Positions 28,001 through 37,000 of a stretch of 64,000 bases of DNA are shown in pieces. The stretch spans positions 620-64,619 of the IMG/VR virus record IMGVR_UViG_3300031993_000074; one strand, given 5' to 3'. The stretch's first letter is position 1, and each line of letters begins with the position of its first letter. The position numbers were made by a program, and so were the translations under genes. The stretch comes from a virus (taxonomy: Duplodnaviria > Caudoviricetes). The notes beneath the pieces were generated by a model. It made no database searches. It saw only the letters and a program-made list of their open reading frames with translations, and was not told where the DNA came from.

Positions 28001-31000
28001 GCAATCGGAAGCCGGAGAAGTGGGCGAAGCTGAAGCACCAGTCGCGCCGCGAGCAGAAACGCCAGATGCGGGAGTGGTAAAGGAAGTCGCCGAACTGGCG
28101 AAGAAGCGTCAAGAGCTGCAATCGCAGTACGACGCTAATCTCGACGAGGACGGCAATCCGCAAGACTCTGAGACGGCTTCAAAGCTCTCGAAGGAGATCG
28201 ACGCGATTGATTCGCGGCTAGGTGAAATCGAGGCGGCAAAACCCGGCATTCTCTCGCCGGAGTTGAAGGCCGTTGCAAGAACGCCGAAGTCGGCGAACGG
28301 CGCAGCGACGCACGTCAATCCAGCGCCAAAGGCAAAATCGAAGGCCGACGAGATCTCCGAGCAGATTGAAGCCGGAAGAAGGAAGCGCGACGATGATGCC
28401 AAGGCGGCAAACGAAAGTCTCGCCAAGACAAATCCATCTGGACGGGCTTTTGCCGACAAGGAGGACTTGAAGCAAAATGGTCAAGTAGGCGATAAACTTG
28501 TTGCAGCTAACGGTGCGGAGATGGAGGTTGTTGGTAAAACAGCCAATGGTCGAAACAAAATCAAAAGGACACGAACGAGAAAATTCACCGTTGATTACGG
28601 CAAGACGTGGCATGACGGTATTGAGTCCGGCGCAACTCTTCCAGCTTCAGACTACTATGGCGACAAACTCGACGAAGGTGATCCCCGTGAAAATGTGAAT
28701 GTCGTCACTTTCGACGATGGAAACAACGAGGAATTGAAAAATCGTTACAACGCCGCCGTTGAGGCTTTTCGTGCGGGCGACGAGCACGCTCTTGACAATT
28801 TCTACTACGAAGCCGAGATTGTGGGAGACAATGATGTTGTATGGCATTTGCGTGAGAAGCCTGGAAATGCCACTGCCGCGCCCGCCGCTTCTCGCGCGTC
28901 TGGCGAGGCTCCGCGCCGCCTTACGAGCGCCGAGGAGGCCATTGCGACGGCCAAGACGCCGTTCAACGCCGCAGAAAAAGCCACCTTGAAGGACGCTGCG
29001 GACGTGTCGGCCATCGACTCCACGGACGAAATGCCGGAGCAGAGGGACTACCTCTCGATTCTCTCCAAGGACGCGCCCGTCGTGCGGCTCAATCCGGCGA
29101 AGGTTGACCGCTCCGACGCGATCCTCCCCAACATGAAGAAGGACGCCAACCGCGTGAGCGGCATCACGAAGCCGCTTTCCGGAGAATGGCACCCGACGAT
29201 GGGCGGAATCGGCGCGGTGTGGCTCACGAAGGACGGAAAGCTTGTCGTGATTACGGGACGGCACCGCTCCGAACTTGCCGAACGCAAGGGCAAGAGCATG
29301 TTGTACTATCTCTACCGCGAGGCCGACGGCTTCACGAAGGACGACGCTTTGATCTACGACGCCGTGGCGAACATCCACGACGAGAAAGGAACGATAAATG
29401 ACTACCTCGGATTCCTCGACAGAATCAACCCAACCAGAGAGCAGGCAGAAAAAGCCGGAATCCTCTCAGGGAAAGGGCTCGTTGCATGGAGCCTTTATAA
29501 AGATGCTACCGAAGCTGTCCGAAGCGCAACGGCAATGGACGGCAACCCAAGCGAGGGCCAAATAAGCCCGCAGCAGGCAACCGTCATAGCCGAAGCGGCG
29601 CCGCGTGACGCGGACAAGCGCAACCCCAGCATTCAGCGGCAACTCCTTAAAACCGCACTTGGCGGGATGCGCGGCAAGGCGTTCGACATGTACGCCAGAA
29701 TCCGCGCGGACGAACTGTCGAGAACGCCGTTGAACGAGAACCTTCTTGCCGGGGAGCAGATGGACTTGTTCTCGTCGCCGGAGGACCAGGCGGCGGACAT
29801 CCTCGCGCAGCGCCAGTCGCAGTACCGCACCAAGAAGGCCAACGGCTACGGCGAAGTCGCGAGGAACCTGCGGACTGCGCTCAACGGCGAGGGCAAGCTT
29901 GAACTCAACGACGAGTACGCCAAGGAGCTTGGCGTCACGGACAAGACCGACAAGAAGCAGCTGGAGGCGGCATACGACAAGGCGGTGGAGCGCGCCAACT
30001 ACTGGGAGAACACCGTCCGGCTGGACGAGGCCGACAAGGCGGCTATGAACGCGGAGATCAACGCGGCTGCGGACGCAAGGGCGAAGAAGCTTGCGGAGCT
30101 TAAAGCAAAGCGCGAGGCGGCGAAGAGCGGCAAGCCGAAAGTGGTTGTTTCCAAAAATGCAACAACCACTCCCGCCGATGAAACGAAACTCCCTGCGGGT
30201 GAAACAAAACCCGCCGCAGGTGAAACGAAAAGGCCAAGCGGTGAAACGAAAAAGGCCGATTCTGAAACGAAAAAGCCCGTTTCGGAAACGCAAAAACCGG
30301 CTTTGGGAACGGAAAACGCCGTTTCGGAAACGAAAACGGGCAAAACCGAAATGTCCAAGGCCGCGTCCAAAACGCCGTCCATCAAGATGAAGGACGAGGC
30401 GGCGGAGAAGCTTGCGCAGCAGCAGGAGGACGATCTCGCCGCGCTGTTCGACACGCCCGAGCTGGACGTCAAGGACGCGGGCGAGAACGAGGCAAAGTAC
30501 CTTTCGTGGGCGAAGAGGTGGAAGCTCGACCCGTCGAAGAAGAAGAACCAGCGCGAATGGGCGGAGCGGAACGGCGTGTCATTCGACACCCCCGAGTTCG
30601 ACCCCGACATATTCCAAAAGCGCGTCGGCGCGGTCGCGAAGCTCGTAAAGACGTATCAGGACAACGGCGTTGCGGACTTCAAGACCCTCGCCACGCGCAT
30701 GGCCGAGCGCTTCCCGGAGAAGTTCGCGACCATGAAGCCGTACCTGCGCGGCGTGTGGAACGCCGTGGCGGACCAGATGAAACTTTCGGACGTTTCGCGC
30801 GACGACGCGGAGCGGATTTTTTCCGCTATTGAGAAACCAGTAGGAAATGCGCCAGCAGAGACACCGAAAGCACCGCCAGCTAATAAGCTCATGTCCACTC
30901 GCATTTCCGACGCGGCCGATGAGATTGTCGCGCTCATCGAGAGCGGCGAGAAGTTCACTCGCAAGGAAGTGACCGACATTGTGGAGCGCCAGCTTGGCGG

Positions 31001-34000
31001 CAAGGTTGCAAACGGCGACTTCGACGCAAAGCAGGTGACGGACATTCTTGAACTGGCTGTAAATCGCTACATCAAAACGGCAAACTTCACCGACGTGGAC
31101 GGCGTGTACTACACGCCGGACGGCGATCAAGGTGCCGCAAAGGACAAGATACGCAATCTGCGAGACCTGCTGTCCAGCATTCCCACGCAGACTACGCGCT
31201 CGGTGGAACAGGATAAAATGCAGCAGTTCTCGACCGTGCCGCACGAGGCGTTTGCCGCCGCATGGGTGGCGAACATTGGCAAAAACGATGTTATGCTTGA
31301 GCCGTCCGCTGGAATTGGTGGCATTGCGGTGTTTGGCGCGAATGCCGGCGCGAAGGTCATTACGAACGAGCTTTCATCGCGTCGCGCCGAGATACTTGAA
31401 CAGCTTGGCATCGGCAAGCCGTATGAGTTTAACGCCGAAAACCTATACGCCTACCTTGAACCGATGATCAAGAGCGGCGAGGTGAAGCGCCCGACGGTCG
31501 TTGTGATGAACCCGCCGTTCAGCAATTCGCAGCGCACGAACAAGAAAAACACGCACATTGGCGCAGACCACGTGGAGCAGGCACTAAAGCTTCTCGCCCC
31601 CGGCGGACGACTTGTTGCAATCGTTGGAAACGGCATGGCGCACGATAAGCCCGCATTCAAGGCATGGTGGGACAGGATTGGCAAGGAGTACACAGTCCGC
31701 GCAAACATCGGCGTGAACGGTCAGGAGTATGCAAAGTACGGAACGACTTTTGACAACAACATAATCGTGATCGACAAGGTTGCGCCGAACGGCTCAATTG
31801 CGCCGATTTATGATATAATATCGTCGCTGGACGAACTTCCGGCGATGCTGGAAGGAGTAAGGAATGACAGACCTAAGATCGAAAATCGAAAACTGGATAC
31901 TCGCGCTGACGAGCGAGTGGAACAGCAGACTGTACGACCAGGACAGGCACGTGCCGAACGACCAATGCTACGACCTGGAGGGAACGGGGATAGAAACTCT
32001 CAACCTGACGGACGACGAGTATCTTTGGGAATACGAGGAGATGATGGAAGGCAAGGAGAACGTGGGGAGCCTGACGGACGAGGAGATAGAGGAGACGGTG
32101 AACAGTCTTCACTCAATGCTCTGCTAGATACCGACGGACTGACAGTCCAGAGCGTCGAGCAGACGCGTGAAGTTGGGGACGGCATGTTCTCCGAGTACAA
32201 GCCGAGCAAAGTCAGCGTTCCAGGCATGAAGCCGCACCCAACGGCGCTTGTGGAGTCTTCCGCAATGGCGTCAGTCCAGCCGCCGAACCCGACGTATTCC
32301 CCGAAGATACCGAAGAAGATTATCGAGGACGGCGTTCTTTCCGAGGCTCAGATCGAGCAGGTCGTGTATGCTGGACAAGCACACCAGCAGAAGCTTGGCA
32401 ACGGCGAACGCAAGGGCTACTTCATAGGTGACGGCACGGGCGTCGGCAAGGGACGCGAAATCTCCGGCATCATCCTTGACAACTTCAATAACGGACGGCG
32501 CAAGGCTTTGTGGATTTCAAAAACCGGGGAACTTTCACGAGACGCAAAGCGCGACCTTACCGCTTTTGGCCTTGGCGACGAGTTATTCACTCTCGAGAGC
32601 AAGAATCTCAAAGGCTTTACATCAAGATCTCACGGTGTTGCGTTCACAACTTATTCGTCGCTCGCAGAAAACCACGAGGGAATTGACGACAACGGAACGA
32701 TACGCGCATCACAGAAAGCAAAAGGCGGATCGCGCATGCAGCTCCTCGCAAAGTGGCTCGGAAGGGACTTTGACGGAGTAATCGTATTTGACGAGTCGCA
32801 CAAGGCCGGCAATGCAGTGTCGGAGAGGGGCAAGCGCGGAATGACGAAGCCGTCAGACATGGCGCTCGCAGTTGTTGACTTGCAGAGGATTCTGCCGAAC
32901 GCTCGCATTGTCTATGTGTCTGCGACTGGCGCGACGGAAGTACGAAACCTCGCCTACGCAACAAGGCTTGGCCTGTGGGGAAAAGGGACGGCGTTCAAGG
33001 ACAGAGAGGCGTTCATCAACCAAGTGTCGAACGGCGGAATCTCCGTAATGGAGATCGTTGCACGAGATATGAAGGCGATGGGCGTTTATATGGCTCGCAC
33101 GCTCTCATACGAGGGAATCGAGAATGAGCGCGTGACACACGAACTTTCTCCAGACCAGATAAAGAACTACAATCTTCTTGCCGACACGTGGCAGATGGTG
33201 ATGGGCGAGATTGAGTCTGCGCTCATATCGTCTAACGGCATACACGGCAAGGCGAACGGCAATGTAAAGAGCGCGTTTTGGGGAGCGCATCAGCGATTCT
33301 TCAACCAGACGCTTACCGCGATGCAGATGCCGTCCGTGCTGAAGAAGGCGCGCGAGATGTGGGAAGCGGGTTATTCGCCCGTGTTCCAGATGGTATCTAC
33401 CGGCGAGGCGGCACAGAAGCGTTCTCTTGAAAAAGCGAGAAAAGCTGGTAATGGAGAAACCGACATTGAGAACCTTGACCTTTCTCCGCGTGAGATACTC
33501 ATACAGTTCGTAGAGCAGAGCTTTCCAACTGTGCAGTATGTCGAAGAGCAAACCGACGGAGGAAAGACGAGATGGGTTCCGCTTGTCGATTCAAACGGAA
33601 ATCCCGTACACGATCCAGCGGCCGTTGAGCGAAAGGAGCGTCTCATTGGCCGGTTGCAGCGGATGAAGCTCGGAGAAGCGCCGCTAGACATGATTCTCAA
33701 CGAGTTCGGGCATGAGAACGTTGCGGAGATCACGGGGCGCACGTCACGCCGCGAAATGGTGCGCAATTCTGATGGCGAAATGGAAATGCGCATGGTACGC
33801 AGGACCAAGAAGACTTCAAGACAGGAAGCGGAGGACTTCAACGACGGAAAGCGTACCGTACTGGTGTTCTCTGGGGCTGGAAATACCGGTTTCTCGTTCC
33901 ATGCCGACCGCAACTTCAAGAACCAGCGTCGCCGCGTTCAGTTCCTCATCGAGGCCGGCTACAATGCCGCCGATGCAATACAAGGGCTTGGCCGCACACA

Positions 34001-37000
34001 CCGCTCAAACGAATCCTCGCACCCGATCTACGAGCTTTGCTCCACAAACCTTCCGGGGCACAAGCGGTTCATGTCAACCATCGCGCGCCGTCTCGCGCAG
34101 CTCGGCTCGCTCACTTCCGGCGACCGTGGCGCGTCTGGCTCCGGAGTGTTCAGCGAATCCGACAACCTCGAAAACCAGTACGCGAAGAACGCCGTCCTTG
34201 ACTTGTTCGAGGAGATGTTCCACGACGACCCGGAGAAGTTCAATCGCATCTGCTCCGAGATGGGCTTCATGAAAGCCCGCGTCAATCCTGAAAGCGGCGA
34301 ACGCGAGTACGTCAACACGCTCATCGACGCGGACGGGAACTTTGACCCGAAGGAAGAGCTTGCGATCCCGCACTTCCTCAACCGCATCCTCGCCATGAAG
34401 ATCGACGCGCAGAACGAGCTGTTTGACGCTTTCTCCGCGAAAATGGCTGATATGATAGAGCGCGCAAAGGATGCGGGAACTTTTGACCCAGGCATGGAGA
34501 AGTTGAAAGGCGTGACGGTGGAAGTGAAGAACCGTACCCGCCTGTGGGAGGACAAGGACAAGATCGGCATGACGGACATCGTTGAGGTCGGCGTCTCCAA
34601 GAAGTCAAAGAAAACGGACTATCAGACGGCACAGTCGCGTCTTGACTATTCTGCCGCCGCCGGCGCGACTCCGACAGTGTATGTCCACAATGCCAGCGGT
34701 GAAGTGTTGATGATGGTTGAAACGAAGTCCACCAAAACGATGGCCGACGGTTCTATTGTTAACGTGTACAGGCAACTGAAACCTAATGGTGAATCGGGTT
34801 ATACAACCGAAACAGCCGTGGAGAAGAACTACACGCCGTTGTTTGCCGAGGGTGAAAAGCGCTGGACAGAAGCTTACGACGCCGTGCCGGAACTCATCGA
34901 GCAATCGCAGTTCTTCGCGCATGGAACGCTCCTACCTATCTGGGATAGGCTCGGTGCGACTAATCCACGCTTCTTCAAGATCGCACCGACGGGCGGCATA
35001 GAGACACAGCCGTTTCTTGGTATGCAGATTGACGCCGACCGTGTGAATGACGTGCTACAGCGTTTTGGCAGGGCCGTAGGAGCTGTAGAGGTGACACCAG
35101 ACATCATCCTGAACCGCATCATGAAGGACGGCAAGAAAGTCGAGTTGCAAAACGGCTGGACCCTAAAGCGCGTCAAGGTGTTGGGTGACAGTCGCATCGA
35201 GATCGACGGCGTGGACGAAGAGGACGAGATAAGACGTCTTGCGAGTGAGGGCTACGCCTACGCAGAGAAGATCGGCTATCTCCGCGCATTCGTGAAGCCA
35301 GATGCCGAGAATGTCGCGGCATTCCTGAATGAGTACCCCGCGATTCCTGACAAGGGCGGGCTTTCAACCGTTTCTGGGACTGCGGAGGATTTGAGCGGTG
35401 ACAAGTACAAGGAACCGCTTGAAACGCTCTACTCGCAGCTGAAAGAAGAACTTTCGGCAAATATGTTCCGGGACAACGACGAGAAAGTTCATGTGGCGGA
35501 AGATAGTGTGCGCAATTTCCTTGTGCGCTTGTCAAACGAGCAGCTGGAAGAGGTGTTCGACAAGTATGCGGCTATAGATTCAGGTCGTCATTCGCCAGGT
35601 CGCATTCTTCGTCGCATAGCTGCAAACGAGTTGTCTGCGCGTGGTGCGCTTGATTGGAACCGCTATGAACAGGCCGAGCGAGAGGCTGGCGGCAATTTCG
35701 TCGATTTCGACACGCCCGAGCTTATGCCAGAGGAACCCGTGCCAGAGACATTCGGGCTTACGAACGACGACATCGCGTTCGCCCGCAAGGTTGCGGAAAT
35801 GAAGCCAATTGGACACACGGAGAAGTCGCACGAGTTCCAGTTTCAGCAGGCAAACGCCCTTCTTTCAAACCGCGAATACATGGAACACTTGGCAAAGGCA
35901 GTTGCAAAAGTGCCGCGCGCGACAAGCCCCCACGTTGACCTTGCGCTTGGAATCTTCCACAAGATCGTGGAGCGCGAAGTAAACGCGGCAAGGGAGAAGG
36001 TAAAGGCGCTACAAGCCGTCGTCGAAGAGCTGAAAGGCGAGAAGGATTCAGAATTCGACGAGGAGCGCAAGCAGTCCGCGCAGGACTTGAAGGACGCCAA
36101 GAAGGAGCTTGAGGCAAAGACGCAGCTTCTCGACAAGATCGGCATTGCCCACAACGAGGGCGGCAGCGAGGCTGCGAGGACGCTCAACCTGCGCCGTGCG
36201 CTGGCGAACGCCGCAGACTATTCCTATGCCGGCATCCGCAACGCAGTCGCGGAAGAGATGGCGAAGATCAAGGGCGCGATAACGCCGGAGCTGGAGAAGC
36301 GCATAGGCGAACTTGCCGACATGTTCTCCGGCCTCGACGAGAAACAGGCGGATGTTCTTGTTTCCATCATGAAGCCATTTGCCGAAAGCGAGCTGAACAA
36401 GATAAAGAACGGCAACAAGATCAAGCGCGCGGCGGAGCGGATGCCGGGCGACGAGGCCAAGCGCGTAGTGCGCAACTACAACGATGCACTTGCGCAGCTG
36501 GAGGTTGCAGCAAGGGAGACAGGGGGCGTGTTTGTCGGGCTTGCCGACGAGAAGCAGCCCGGCTGGGGCAAGTTCCTACGCGCAATCGCCGAGTACCACT
36601 GCTTTGAGAACCCTGACATCAAGGTGGACGAGGTTGTCCAGAAGATGGTTGAGACGCTCCACGCCTGCGGCTTCGAGGATGTGGACGAGGTGTCTGTCTG
36701 GGACGAGTGGACAGGCTACGGACACAGCTTCCGCCAGAGCCGCTACGAGTCGCAGCGCAGGGCGAACTGGCTGAGGAGCCAGGCACTGCACAAGCGGCAG
36801 CTGCACCACATGGACGAGACGAACACGCTTCCGCTCGCCACGGGAATGCAGCGCGACGTTGACCCGACACCAGAGGGCCGTGCGCTGACGAAGGAGGTTT
36901 ACGAGCGCAAGAAGGAGGTTCCGGACGAAGGACGCGCGGAGCGGCATCTAAAGGGGCTGCTCGAATCGGCGAAGACCAGGATTCGGAACACGATAGCCGA

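Noticed and set aside
28273-28698. Further nested ORFs in the giant gene (28273-28470, 28498-28698, 30091-30390, 36484-36774)
   Set aside because: No convincing SD or promoter was found and the products look like R/P/S-rich frame shadows, unlike the 27943 and 31864 ORFs.
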